Below are positions 28,971 to 38,959 of a stretch of 64,000 bases of DNA, piece by piece. Numbering within the stretch: position 1 is the first letter of the stretch; each line of letters opens with the position of its first letter. Under the pieces are notes generated by a model that was given only the letters and a program-made list of their open reading frames with translations, was not told the DNA's origin and did not search any database. Origin of the DNA: an uncultured bacterium (GTDB lineage: Bacteria; Patescibacteriota; Andersenbacteria; UBA10190; CAIZMI01); contig CAIZMI010000021.1 in assembly GCA_903934015.1 (NCBI GenBank), positions 10,868-74,867 of the forward strand, in the 5' to 3' direction. Both the position numbers and the translations under genes were made by a program.

Positions 28971-29239
28971 GGATCATACGCAATTAGCTTGGAGCAAATA
29001 GATGATCACAAGAAAAAGTAGACCGTTATACTCGAATCCTTACGTGTTCTTGCGAGCCATTGATCATCCGTGAGGATGAGCAAGGCGTGGCAATCTCAAT
29101 AACAATACGATGAATTTTCTATTTTTTAACGGGAGATTGCTTCAGCACGCGACAAGTCGCGTGTTTCGCAAAGACGACGTTTTAAGATGTTATATTGTTT
29201 TTAAAACAAAACTGTCTCCAGATGATTTGCGTATGATCC
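28971..29239. mobile_element. MITE-like non-autonomous element
   Basis: Imperfect 24-bp terminal inverted repeats (13 bp perfect: ggatcatacgcaa / ttgcgtatgatcc); 8-bp flanks atcgtaac / ttcgtaac; no ORF inside. Confidence 0.6.
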
Positions 29240-29466
29240 TTCGTAACTTGGTTGGCGTGTAGTGTTTCTTATAATGCGGTTTTTAAAAGCGTTGTTATTT
29301 TTAATCAGTGGGGAATTGAGACAACGTAACCATTAAATATCTCCTGAGGGTCGATAATGATTCCGTTAACACGGAGTCGTTTGTTTGTGCAAAGTGCGTT
29401 GTGGTACACTGTATTTAATGTTATGGAAAACTTTTTCCAATAGCGGTTAACAAATAACATCCAAAT

Positions 29467-31542
29467 ATGAACATCAATATTAAAAAGCTGGGATTAACAG
29501 GAAGATTTCTTTCTTGGTTTTTAGCAGTTTCCATTGTTCCGATGGCGATAGTCGGATATTTAAGTTACAGCAGTGCCAAAAATGCCATACAACAGGAAGT
29601 TGTTTCTGGGGCGAGTAGTCTTGCTGAATCATTGGAGCGACATATTGTCACTTATTTTGAGGAGCAGAAAGTTACAATAGAATTGCTTGCAAAGAACAGT
29701 GTCTTTCAACAGCGAGAAGATGTGTCAAGCATACAAAATGTGATTGACGATTATTTAAAAGATTCAAAAAGTATTTATTCTTTGATGATTTTTGATAAAA
29801 ACGGAATTTGTATTGCATCAACTGACCCGACAATGAAGGGGCAAGATAGAGCGTCAGACCCGTATTTTGTTGAGGCAAAAAATAAAACTTACATTAAAGA
29901 CGTTTATAAATCCACAACCACGGGATCGTTTGGTTATACTGTTTCTTCTCCACTCAAGAATGGCGATGGATTCAATGGAGTTATTGTTGCGAGATATAAA
30001 CTAGATAGTCTTAATGAAATGCTTGCAATCGCCAATCAGGGAGAAACAATGAAATCGCACCTTGTTGATTCAGGCGGATTTGTATTTACGGCAACGAGAT
30101 TTGGGGGAGAGAAGGACATTTTGTCTTTGAGAGGTGATTCTGCTTCCGTAAAGAACGCTATGTCTTCAAAAGAGGATCAGCATGGAATAAATGTGGATTA
30201 CCGAGGCAAAGAGGTGCTTGGTTCATTCCAAACAGCTCATTTACAGGAAAAGCTTGAAAAGAAATGGGTTTTAGTAGTAGAAGAAGATACAAAAGAATCC
30301 TATGCGCCTGTTAGTTCGCTTCGAAATAAGGTTCTGGCTATTTCGCTAATAATTATCGCATTAATTTTCGGCTTGGCTTACATCGCCTCTCGTTCGATCG
30401 GTAATTTTGTGCGTAATCCGATCAAGAATGCCGTAAAACAACTGGCACAGGCGGCCGATGTATTGGCTGCTTCTACGCAAATGTCGTCTGCGGCATCTCA
30501 GCAAAATTCTTCCACCGCGCAACAGTTGGCGGCAGGAGCATCGTCCCAATCACATCAATCTGAGGAAATTTCAAAGAATATTGCGGAAATGGCAGCAGCG
30601 AGCAGTCAAATGGCAGCTTCAGCACAAGAAGCGGCCGTCTCTAGCTCAAAGGCGGCGGAAATGGCACAAAAGGCCGGCAGTCTTGGTGCAACATCGCAAA
30701 AAAACCTCAATGATATTAAGTCGATGGTTGGTGAAACTTCGCAAATGGTTAAAAACATTGCCGGCAGTTCGGAACAAATTGGTGATATTGTTGACGCGAT
30801 AACCTCAATTGCCGATCAGACAAACCTCTTGGCGCTAAATGCCGCCATTGAAGCCGCGCGGGCAGGAGAGGCGGGTAGAGGGTTTGCAGTAGTGGCGGAT
30901 GAGGTGCGGAAATTAGCTGAAAGTTCTGCCAAGTCGGCGGAAGAAATTAAAGGGCGCATTAAAAGTGTTTTGGGTCAAGTGGAAGAGACTGTTACGGCTG
31001 TTGAGTCGGGTGCGGAAAATGCCGAATCGAGCGCAAAAGCAATCGGAGATACGCTTGGTACCCTGCAGGAAATTTCCTCCGCTGTTTTGCAGGTTTCCGC
31101 TAAAATTCAAGAATTATCCGCCGGTATTCAACAGCAAACAGCTTCGGTACAGGAATTGGCAAAGACAATGGATTCAATTGCATCGGTAGCAACACAGAAT
31201 GCATCCGGCGCTCAACAACTTTCAGCTTCAACACAACAACAAGCCGCGGCGAATCAGCAAATTGCCGCGTCAACACAGCAGTTAATGGCATTGTCGGAAA
31301 CATTGCAAGATTTGTCCGGTGGCGTGGAAATTATTAAGTCTAGTTTGGGTGGCATATTAAATAGGAAAAACAGGGTTGCAAAGAAAGAAGGAAGGACTTC
31401 ATTAGACGAGCAACATGTTGATAATATCGAGCCGGAGAAAGAACCTTCCATTATTCTTTCAGAACCCACAAAAGTGGTGCCGAAAATAAGGAGAATTACA
31501 AGAAAAAATACAGAAAAAAACGATCAATCTTTTAACGGTTAA
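29467..31542 (+). CDS. Methyl-accepting chemotaxis protein with Cache-like extracellular domain
   Basis: Two TMs; DPYF and YTVSSPL..GVIVA Cache-like motifs; [38 protein letters not shown] hairpin tip. Confidence 0.95.
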   Translation: MNINIKKLGLTGRFLSWFLAVSIVPMAIVGYLSYSSAKNAIQQEVVSGASSLAESLERHIVTYFEEQKVTIELLAKNSVFQQREDVSSIQNVIDDYLKDSKSIYSLMIFDKNGICIASTDPTMKGQDRASDPYFVEAKNKTYIKDVYKSTTTGSFGYTVSSPLKNGDGFNGVIVARYKLDSLNEMLAIANQGETMKSHLVDSGGFVFTATRFGGEKDILSLRGDSASVKNAMSSKEDQHGINVDYRGKEVLGSFQTAHLQEKLEKKWVLVVEEDTKESYAPVSSLRNKVLAISLIIIALIFGLAYIASRSIGNFVRNPIKNAVKQLAQAADVLAASTQMSSAASQQNSSTAQQLAAGASSQSHQSEEISKNIAEMAAASSQMAASAQEAAVSSSKAAEMAQKAGSLGATSQKNLNDIKSMVGETSQMVKNIAGSSEQIGDIVDAITSIADQTNLLALNAAIEAARAGEAGRGFAVVADEVRKLAESSAKSAEEIKGRIKSVLGQVEETVTAVESGAENAESSAKAIGDTLGTLQEISSAVLQVSAKIQELSAGIQQQTASVQELAKTMDSIASVATQNASGAQQLSASTQQQAAANQQIAASTQQLMALSETLQDLSGGVEIIKSSLGGILNRKNRVAKKEGRTSLDEQHVDNIEPEKEPSIILSEPTKVVPKIRRITRKNTEKNDQSFNG

Positions 31543-31555
31543 TGTTGATTCCGTT

Positions 31556-32143
31556 ATGGAAAACGAATTACAGAAGGCCGTAGCAAACGTAAAACCTTCA
31601 TCCACTAAAAACAAGAAGGTGGTTGAGGAACGGCATCAGTTGGTTGTTTTTGAGTTGGATAACGAGGAGTATGCGGTACCAATTCAAGATTTGCAAGAAA
31701 TTATCAAAATTCCCGTAATCACGCCAATTCCAAGCGCGCCGGATTTCATCAGCGGTATTTTTAATCTTCGAGGGAGGATCGTTGTTGCCATAAATTTGGA
31801 GAAGCATTTTAACTTAGTGCGTGAAAAAAAGACGCCTTGTAATCACATTATTGTGTCGGAAATTAACGCCAATATTTTTGGTGTAATTGTTGATAATGTG
31901 GTGGAAGTCATTCAAGTTCCTGTTTCTCAAATCAAACCGACGCCATCATTAGTTTCAGCAAAAATAAAAGCTGATTACCTAAGTGGTGTTGTGGTAATAG
32001 GCGGGGAAGCAGAAGAGGGTCAGGAAACTGGTGAAAGCAAAGAGAAGAGTCGCTTAATTATCTTGATGGATCTACCAAAACTGCTTCAGGAGAAAGAACT
32101 TTTAGATATTGGCGCGCAAGTGGCAGACACAGCTAATCATTAA
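31556..32143 (+). CDS. cheW: Chemotaxis coupling protein CheW
   Basis: LVVFEL..EEYAVPI..LQEII, P.APDFISGIFNLRGRIV, GVIVD.V.EV. Confidence 0.95.
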   Translation: MENELQKAVANVKPSSTKNKKVVEERHQLVVFELDNEEYAVPIQDLQEIIKIPVITPIPSAPDFISGIFNLRGRIVVAINLEKHFNLVREKKTPCNHIIVSEINANIFGVIVDNVVEVIQVPVSQIKPTPSLVSAKIKADYLSGVVVIGGEAEEGQETGESKEKSRLIILMDLPKLLQEKELLDIGAQVADTANH

Positions 32144-32152
32144 GAATATTTT

Positions 32153-32740
32153 ATGCAATTTAGTAAAGAAAATTTGGAGATTGCGGCGATTAAGGGGTCG
32201 AGAAACGTTGCGGAAGCGTTTTCTAAGCTTGCGAAAACTTCGATTAAAGTAGAAACGTCTAAGGTGGAAACAGTGTCTTTTGACGTGGCAATTTCTCGTA
32301 TCAAGCCACCAGGCGATCACGCGGTGGTGGTTCATTCGAACGTCCTATTTGGGGCAAAAGGGGCTGCGATATTGATGTTATCCAGAGAAGATTCATTGGT
32401 TTTAGTTGATTTATTGCATAATCAAGAGATTGGCACCACGGGCATCCTAAAAGATCTTGATCGTTCCGCTTTGAAGGAAACATTAAATATCCTTTCCAAC
32501 TCTTTCGTTACTGCACTCTCGGATGTCACGAATGTGGAGTTGGGGCTGGGTGTCCCGGGGATGATTACTGCCGGTCGATTAGAGGAAATAATTGGCGCAA
32601 TGCGTACCGGAAACAAGGTAAAAAATGACGATAACGAGTCGCTAATTTTCGAAACTAGTTTTTCCGCATTTAAGCAAAAAATCGACGCTAGTTTGTATCT
32701 TCTTTTTAGCGAAGGAATTGTTGATTACATTAAGGAATAA
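32153..32740 (+). CDS. cheC: CheC-family phosphatase
   Basis: SALKETLNIL.NSF..ALS (ExxN site); first site degenerate. Confidence 0.8.
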   Translation: MQFSKENLEIAAIKGSRNVAEAFSKLAKTSIKVETSKVETVSFDVAISRIKPPGDHAVVVHSNVLFGAKGAAILMLSREDSLVLVDLLHNQEIGTTGILKDLDRSALKETLNILSNSFVTALSDVTNVELGLGVPGMITAGRLEEIIGAMRTGNKVKNDDNESLIFETSFSAFKQKIDASLYLLFSEGIVDYIKE

Positions 32741-32745
32741 AAGAT

Positions 32746-33339
32746 ATGGAACTGTCTAAAGACATTTTGAGTAGGGCCACCACTGAAGGATCAAAAAAAG
32801 TGGCAGAAGCGATGACGATTTTAACTTCTACTTCAGTGGAAGTGGAAGTATCGCGCGTTGAAAGTATGCCTTTCAATGATGCTCTAAATCGTATGTCTAC
32901 CAGCGGTGATTATGGTGTAGTAGTTTTTTCTAATATCGACACCAAAAATGTCATTTCGGGAGTTTCTTTGCTCACAATAGCGCGACCCGATGCGTTAATG
33001 TTGGTGGATATTTTAAATAAGCAAGAAGACGGAACGACCAGGATTCTTAAAGAAATTGATCGTTCTGCGATTAAAGAAATGCTAAATATTCTCTCTAATT
33101 CATACGCTAACGCAATCGCGGAAGCGTCGGAAATTGAATTAAAAATTGATATTCCATCGATGATTACCGTAACGCGATTACAAGGCATTATTTCGCAGGC
33201 GTTTCGGTTTAATGCCGGGCAAATGGAAGGATTATCAATAATTTTTGAAACAACCCTGACGATTGCAAATAAAAAAATTAGAGTTGGTTTGTTTCTCATT
33301 TTTAATGAAAACTTTGCCAAATTGTGTTGCTCAATTTAA
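32746..33339 (+). CDS. cheC: CheC-family phosphatase (paralog)
   Basis: SAIKEMLNIL.NSY; clear paralog of the upstream gene. Confidence 0.8.
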   Translation: MELSKDILSRATTEGSKKVAEAMTILTSTSVEVEVSRVESMPFNDALNRMSTSGDYGVVVFSNIDTKNVISGVSLLTIARPDALMLVDILNKQEDGTTRILKEIDRSAIKEMLNILSNSYANAIAEASEIELKIDIPSMITVTRLQGIISQAFRFNAGQMEGLSIIFETTLTIANKKIRVGLFLIFNENFAKLCCSI

Positions 33340-33360
33340 TTTTTAATTTTGATTAATGAT

Positions 33361-33714
33361 ATGGAAAAAAGTTCAAAAGTATTACTAGCGGACGATTCTG
33401 CCTTTATGCGCAAGGTGTTGAAAGACATCCTTGAGGGGATAGGGTTCACCAATTTTATCGAGGCGGAAAACGGCGTCGAAGCAATTGAAAAATTTAACGC
33501 TGAAAAGCCATCCTTAGTTATGTTGGATATTATTATGCCCGTTAAAAACGGCATTGATGTTCTAAAGGAGATTGGGAAAAAGGCGCAAATAATTGTTGTG
33601 TCGGCAGTGGGGCAGGATGGGATGATCGAAGAAGCAAAGACCTTGGGAGCGGTAGATTATATCATCAAACCTTTTGACAGGGCCCAGGTTGAAGAAAAAA
33701 TTGCCGCTCTTTAG
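33361..33714 (+). CDS. cheY: Chemotaxis response regulator CheY
   Basis: ADDSAFMR, LDIIMPVKNG, VVSAVGQ, YIIKPF. Confidence 0.92.
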   Translation: MEKSSKVLLADDSAFMRKVLKDILEGIGFTNFIEAENGVEAIEKFNAEKPSLVMLDIIMPVKNGIDVLKEIGKKAQIIVVSAVGQDGMIEEAKTLGAVDYIIKPFDRAQVEEKIAAL

Positions 33715-33740
33715 TTGGATTTAATAATAAAGATTATCAA

Positions 33741-34742
33741 ATGCGCGAGAATTCTAAAATTCTAATCATCGATGACGATAAATTCTTTTTGGAATTTTAC
33801 CGTGCAGAGTTTGCTCAATTAAATTTGACTACGGATTTCGCCAAGGATGGCGAGGATGGATTACAAAAAATACTTGAACTTCAGCCAGACGTTGTTTTGC
33901 TTGACCTAATGTTGCCGAAAAAAGATGGTTTTGCGGTTTTGCGTGAAATGCGCGCCAACGATCAAACAAAAAAAATTCCTGTTGTTGTAGTAACCTCATT
34001 AAATGCACCCTTAGCGCTGAAACAACTTGAGGGGCTTGAAGTGCAAAAAATATTCAACAAATTATTCAGTTTACCGAAAGAAGTGGTGGAATATGTTTGT
34101 GAGTTACTTGATAGAGAAAATGGTCGTGTTGCGGAAACCGGAAAATCGGTCGAGAAAAAAGGGTCTTATTTGTCTAAAGCGACTCTGGAGCAAATTTTTA
34201 AAGGTAGTCTGACAGAGATTGAGCTGGCCTTCGAAAGAATATTCTCTCAAAAAGCACAAATTGAAGACTATAATATGGCATTAATTCCACCAAGCGAATT
34301 CAAAAAAAACATTATTGATTTAACCCGCCAGCCAGGAGCAGTTTTTCTGTTTGCACCGATTAAGGCGGTTGTGGCGGGGGCGGCACTGATGGCAATGCGT
34401 CGCAGTGATGTGCTGACAATGATTAAATTGATTCAAGAAAGCGCCTTGGGGAAGAATCTTGAGTTGAACACGGACGATAGGGTGGTAGAAGAATTTTTCA
34501 ATATGATTATTAATTCCTTTCTTACAAAACTTTCAAGTTCTATGACCGGCCCCGTTCTCCTGCAGACGCCAGTTTTTGTGAACGAGAAAGAAGTTGTTGA
34601 TGAATTGGCTAAAATAGATGCTTTCGACTTGAAGGATTCTTCGGTGATGTTTATTGAAGAATCATATTCCTTCAAAGATCTCGATTTAGATATTGCCATA
34701 TACATTACGTTTGGCAGTGAATTATTTACAAAACTACGATGA
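33741..34742 (+). CDS. Receiver domain fused to a CheC-like domain
   Basis: IIDDD..LLDLMLPKKDG REC domain; C-terminal VVEEFFNMIINSFL resembles a CheC ExxN helix. Confidence 0.75.
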   Translation: MRENSKILIIDDDKFFLEFYRAEFAQLNLTTDFAKDGEDGLQKILELQPDVVLLDLMLPKKDGFAVLREMRANDQTKKIPVVVVTSLNAPLALKQLEGLEVQKIFNKLFSLPKEVVEYVCELLDRENGRVAETGKSVEKKGSYLSKATLEQIFKGSLTEIELAFERIFSQKAQIEDYNMALIPPSEFKKNIIDLTRQPGAVFLFAPIKAVVAGAALMAMRRSDVLTMIKLIQESALGKNLELNTDDRVVEEFFNMIINSFLTKLSSSMTGPVLLQTPVFVNEKEVVDELAKIDAFDLKDSSVMFIEESYSFKDLDLDIAIYITFGSELFTKLR

Positions 34743-35110
34743 ACAAAGATATTTCAATTTTAGTAGTTGACGATTCAGCTTTCATGCGACAATACATTAT
34801 TGGGTTTTTGCATGAATTGGGTTATGAAAAAATCAGTGAGGCTGGTAATGGTCCTGCCGCATTGAATGCAGTAAACGAGAGTATGCCGGATGTTGTTTTG
34901 TTGGACATGATTATGCCAATAATGGATGGTATGGAGGCTTTGGAGAAACTCGTAGAATTAAACGCGCGCGTAATTGTTGTTACCGCGATGGGTCAACGTA
35001 TTACGATCGTGAAAGCCATTGAAAAAGGTGCGCGTGGTTATTTTGTAAAACCATTTTTCACGGCACATGAGTTGGGACGTAAAATTGAAGAGGTAATAAA
35101 CGAGGATTAA
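34739..35110 (+). CDS. cheY: Second CheY-like response regulator
   Basis: VDDSAFMR, LDMIMPIMDG, VTAMGQ, YFVKPF. Confidence 0.88.
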   Translation: MNKDISILVVDDSAFMRQYIIGFLHELGYEKISEAGNGPAALNAVNESMPDVVLLDMIMPIMDGMEALEKLVELNARVIVVTAMGQRITIVKAIEKGARGYFVKPFFTAHELGRKIEEVINED

Positions 35111-35113
35111 AAG

Positions 35114-36181
35114 ATGGTAAAAACGCAGTCCACGATAAGAATAGTCATCGCTGACGATTCGTTTTTTATGCGTCGTTTGCTGACAGAGATAATTAAAAAT
35201 TATCGTGACCTGGAGATTGTCGGTGAAGCGCGAGATGGACAGCAAGCGTTGGAATTAGCCAATAAATTGAAGCCGGACGTAATTACGATGGATTACAATA
35301 TGCCGGTTTTGAATGGCGCAGAAGCAACAAAGAAGATTATGCGAGTGATGGAAAACCCGCCGGCGATAATCATGCTCTCCGCGCATACACGTGAAGGCGC
35401 AGCCGAAACATTTCGGTGTTTACGGGCAGGCGCACTTGAATACATTACCAAACCATCAGGCGAGTTATCGCTTGATATCAACATAATTGAGGATGAAATA
35501 ATTGAAAAAATTCGTACTGCTTCTCAGTCGCGAGTAAAAAAATACGAAGAAATAAAACAGCGGGAAAAAAGAGGAGTTGTGACAGCGAAGAAGCTGACTA
35601 AGGTGGTAGTAATTGGCGCTTCAACCGGTGGGCCGCCTTTAGTGGAAAATCTCGTGAGCGAAATGCCCGCAAATTTAAACGTGGCCGTTGTTATTATTCA
35701 GCATATGCCGAAGTTTTTTACAGAAATATTTGCGGAAAGACTGAATGATATTTCTGTCTTGCCAGTAAAAGAAGTGGTTAATGGAGATGTCCTTGAGGCG
35801 GGGAAAATGTATCTTTCGCCGGGGGGAAATGTGCTGAAATTTACCAGACTGGAAACCGGTGTGCGCAAAGGCGAAGTAATAATGGAACTACTTACTGAGA
35901 AGGTCCATTCTAAGCTCAGCACAATCGATGGCGCCATGGCTTCGCTGGCGACGGTATTCAAGAAAAATATTATTGCAGTGCTTTTGACCGGTATGGGTGA
36001 GGATGGCTTGGTTGGGGTGAAAGAAGTTAAGCAAGCCGGGGGTTATGTGATTGCGCAAGATCCAAACACTGCGGCGGTGCGTTCAATGCCGGAAGCGGTA
36101 ATTCAGGCGCAACTGGTAGATGCTGTTTTGTCACCGGAGAAAATAATCGATAAAATAATTGAACAATGTCAATCGATCTAA
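35114..36181 (+). CDS. cheB: Chemotaxis methylesterase/deamidase CheB
   Basis: REC domain plus ASTGGP (Ser), QHMP (His) and LTGMGEDG (Asp). Confidence 0.95.
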   Translation: MVKTQSTIRIVIADDSFFMRRLLTEIIKNYRDLEIVGEARDGQQALELANKLKPDVITMDYNMPVLNGAEATKKIMRVMENPPAIIMLSAHTREGAAETFRCLRAGALEYITKPSGELSLDINIIEDEIIEKIRTASQSRVKKYEEIKQREKRGVVTAKKLTKVVVIGASTGGPPLVENLVSEMPANLNVAVVIIQHMPKFFTEIFAERLNDISVLPVKEVVNGDVLEAGKMYLSPGGNVLKFTRLETGVRKGEVIMELLTEKVHSKLSTIDGAMASLATVFKKNIIAVLLTGMGEDGLVGVKEVKQAGGYVIAQDPNTAAVRSMPEAVIQAQLVDAVLSPEKIIDKIIEQCQSI

Positions 36182-37848
36182 ATAAGTTTAAAAACATATT
36201 TCTGGAAGAGGCGGAAGAGCATATCCAAAAGTTGAATGATAATTTGTTGTTGTTGGAAAAAAACCCGGACGAACCAAAAATTTTTGACGAATTAATGCGT
36301 TCAGCGCATACAATCAAGGGCTCATCGGCAACGATGCAATTTCAGCAGGTGGCCTTTTTGACGCACGTAATGGAAGATATTTTTGACTATGCACGCAATG
36401 GTCAACTGGCGATAACTAAAAAGATTATTGGATTACTTTTTGAGGCTTTGGATGGTCTTCAGAATGCTATGAGTGAAATCGGTAAAAACAAGGAGGAGCC
36501 GAACCTTTCGGTGCTTTCCGCTAAGTTAAAAAAAGTAACCGGTGTGGCAACTGAAGGAATAGGAAGGTCACTTCGGACAGTTGATGGAAAACCAGTCGTG
36601 CAAGAGAAAGAAAAGAATAAAAATGAAAACGGCGCGCCCGTTTTGTTGTCCGGTATTGAACATGCGGTAGAAAAACTCTCACACATCAAAGTACCGGTTG
36701 AAAGAATGGACGCCCTGATGGATCTCATGGAAGAGTTGTTGATTGATAAAATGCGCTTATTGCAGATTGAAAAGGGAAATAAAAAAACCGACGAAGTGGT
36801 GGAACACATTAGTCGCTTGATTTCCGATTTGCAATTCCAGGTGATGCAGGTGCGCTTGGTGCCGGTAGAGCAAGTTTTTGCGCGTTTTCCACGGATGGTT
36901 CGCGACCTTAGTGTTGCGCAGGGGAAAAAAGTGGATTTTGAGATAGTTGGCGGTGAACTGGAATTAGACCGCACAATCGTTGATAAGCTGAGTGAACCGA
37001 TATTGCATATGTTACGTAACGCCATTGATCATGGGATTGAAAAAGATGGTTATGTGAAACTTTCGGCGGCGCGTGAAAAAGAATTTGTCTTGCTGTCTGT
37101 TGAAAATGGCGGAATTGATATTGATTGGAAGAAGTTGGTTACAGTAAGCGCAAAGAAGGGAATTGTTTCCGACGAGAAAGCCGGCGAATATCTTACCGAA
37201 TTGAGCGCGGATGAAAGCAGAACCCCCAGAGCAGAGATTGTTGATCTGTTATTTGGAGGAGTTTCTACGAATGATGCAGTGACAGAAACATCCGGTCGAG
37301 GTGTGGGAATGAGTATTGTTAGAAAATTTGCTGAGGCCGTAAACGGCGCTGTACAAGTGGAGTCGCCATTGGCTGGAGGGAAAGGTGCAAAAATTACGTT
37401 AGAGCTACCGCCCACGTTGGCAATTATTAATGCACTCCTGGTAGAAATTAATCATGAAACGATGGCTATTCCTTTTTCGAGTGTTGATCGTGCGGTTGCG
37501 ATTCAAGAACAAAACATAAAATTGATGGGTGACAGAGAAGTTGCGGTGGAAAGTGATGCGGATTTACCGCTCGTTCGTTTTCGCAAACTAGAAGGAACAA
37601 ATAATTTGGTGAGCAAGGAAGTGAAAAAGAAACAAGAAACTGTTGTAATTGTTAAAAGGGGTAAAGATCGTGCGGGGATAGTAGTAGACAAGATTGTTGG
37701 TGGCTACGAAATAATTGTGAAGCCGATGGCGCCGGTTTTACGTCATTTAAATGGCTTTAGTGGCTCTACGATTTTGGGAGACGGCCGGACAATCTTAATT
37801 ATTGATGTGCTGACAATGTTGAAAAGCACGCGCATTCTTCAGAATTAA
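36166..37848 (+). CDS. cheA: Chemotaxis histidine kinase CheA (no P2 domain)
   Basis: P1 MRSAHTIKG, RFPRMVRDL, HMLRNAIDHGIE, SGRGVGM, P5 SGSTILGDG. Confidence 0.95.
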   Translation: MSIDLNKFKNIFLEEAEEHIQKLNDNLLLLEKNPDEPKIFDELMRSAHTIKGSSATMQFQQVAFLTHVMEDIFDYARNGQLAITKKIIGLLFEALDGLQNAMSEIGKNKEEPNLSVLSAKLKKVTGVATEGIGRSLRTVDGKPVVQEKEKNKNENGAPVLLSGIEHAVEKLSHIKVPVERMDALMDLMEELLIDKMRLLQIEKGNKKTDEVVEHISRLISDLQFQVMQVRLVPVEQVFARFPRMVRDLSVAQGKKVDFEIVGGELELDRTIVDKLSEPILHMLRNAIDHGIEKDGYVKLSAAREKEFVLLSVENGGIDIDWKKLVTVSAKKGIVSDEKAGEYLTELSADESRTPRAEIVDLLFGGVSTNDAVTETSGRGVGMSIVRKFAEAVNGAVQVESPLAGGKGAKITLELPPTLAIINALLVEINHETMAIPFSSVDRAVAIQEQNIKLMGDREVAVESDADLPLVRFRKLEGTNNLVSKEVKKKQETVVIVKRGKDRAGIVVDKIVGGYEIIVKPMAPVLRHLNGFSGSTILGDGRTILIIDVLTMLKSTRILQN

Positions 37849-37857
37849 CTATCTTTT

Positions 37858-38460
37858 ATGTTTACAGAATTTGAGCAAGATGAGTTGAGAGAAATTGTAA
37901 ATATCGGTTCCGGTAACGCGAGCACGGCATTAGCAAAAATGCTAAAACAAAAAATCCATGCGTCCGTGCCGTTGATTTTGTTTGACGAGGTGCAGAATAT
38001 TTTACCAAAACTCGGGTTGGCCGATAGTCGTGTGACCGTTGTTTTAGTGCGTGTCGATGGCGAGATTCCCGGAGTCTTCTTTATTGCGTTGCCATTAGAA
38101 AACGGATTGGAGTTGGCATCCATGCTGACGGGCGAAGAAAAATCAGGGACTCTCTTGAATGAATTTGGCAGCTCCGCACTTAAAGAAGTGGGGAACATTC
38201 TCTCCGGGGCGTCACTTACGGCACTTTCAAAGTTTTTAGGTTTGGATTTTGTGCAGTCTGTTCCGGAAATTACATCTGATATGCTGGGGGCAATTTTGGA
38301 GTCGATTTTAGTCGAGACGGGTGAAGCGTATGAAAAAATTCTTTTGATTAGCACGAACCTGGATTTTGCTACCGATTGTCACGCGCGATTGTTCTTCGTT
38401 TTCAATCCGGATGCAACAAATGGAATATTGTCGGCTGTTCAGCGGAAATTAGAAAAATAA
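37858..38460 (+). CDS. cheC: CheC phosphatase with both ExxN sites
   Basis: DELREIVNIGSGNASTAL and SALKEVGNIL. Confidence 0.9.
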   Translation: MFTEFEQDELREIVNIGSGNASTALAKMLKQKIHASVPLILFDEVQNILPKLGLADSRVTVVLVRVDGEIPGVFFIALPLENGLELASMLTGEEKSGTLLNEFGSSALKEVGNILSGASLTALSKFLGLDFVQSVPEITSDMLGAILESILVETGEAYEKILLISTNLDFATDCHARLFFVFNPDATNGILSAVQRKLEK

Positions 38461-38462
38461 TT

Positions 38463-38930
38463 ATGCATGAGGATGTAAAATACATTGGCACTGGCGAGGT
38501 GGCGGTTTCAAGTACCGGCATCATCAAAACTTCCGGTATCGGATCCTGTATTGTCGTGACGCTTTACGATGGTGAGAAAAAAATTGGCGGGATGGTGCAT
38601 GCGATGCTACCGGCGAGAAAAGAGAATGGAACGGAGTATCTTTTATCTCCAAAATATACCGATGAAGCAATTGAAATTTTAATTGATGAAATTGAACAAC
38701 AAGGTGGTAGCAGAGAAAGGTTAAAAGCAAAGTTGATTGGCGGTGCAAAAATGTTTCGGTTGTTGAGTGGCGATAACTTTGGAATTGGTTTTAAGAATAT
38801 TGAATCAGCCAGGGAAAATCTTGGGGCTATCGGGATCTTGATTGAGAGTGAAGATGTTGGTGGCACTATTGGGCGCAGTGCGGAATTAAATCTGGAGAAT
38901 GGTTTGGTTTTAGTCAGTTCGATGATGTAG
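38463..38930 (+). CDS. cheD: Chemoreceptor glutamine deamidase CheD
   Basis: GIGSCIVVTLYD, GGMVHAMLP, AKLIGGAKMF, IG.KN, EDVGG..GR. Confidence 0.93.
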   Translation: MHEDVKYIGTGEVAVSSTGIIKTSGIGSCIVVTLYDGEKKIGGMVHAMLPARKENGTEYLLSPKYTDEAIEILIDEIEQQGGSRERLKAKLIGGAKMFRLLSGDNFGIGFKNIESARENLGAIGILIESEDVGGTIGRSAELNLENGLVLVSSMM

Positions 38931-38959
38931 GGGCGTTACTTGATGATTATTAAACTTTC

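Noticed and set aside
29300-29466. c-di-GMP riboswitch upstream of the MCP
   Set aside because: The GEMM consensus elements are not recognisable; only a small hairpin is present.
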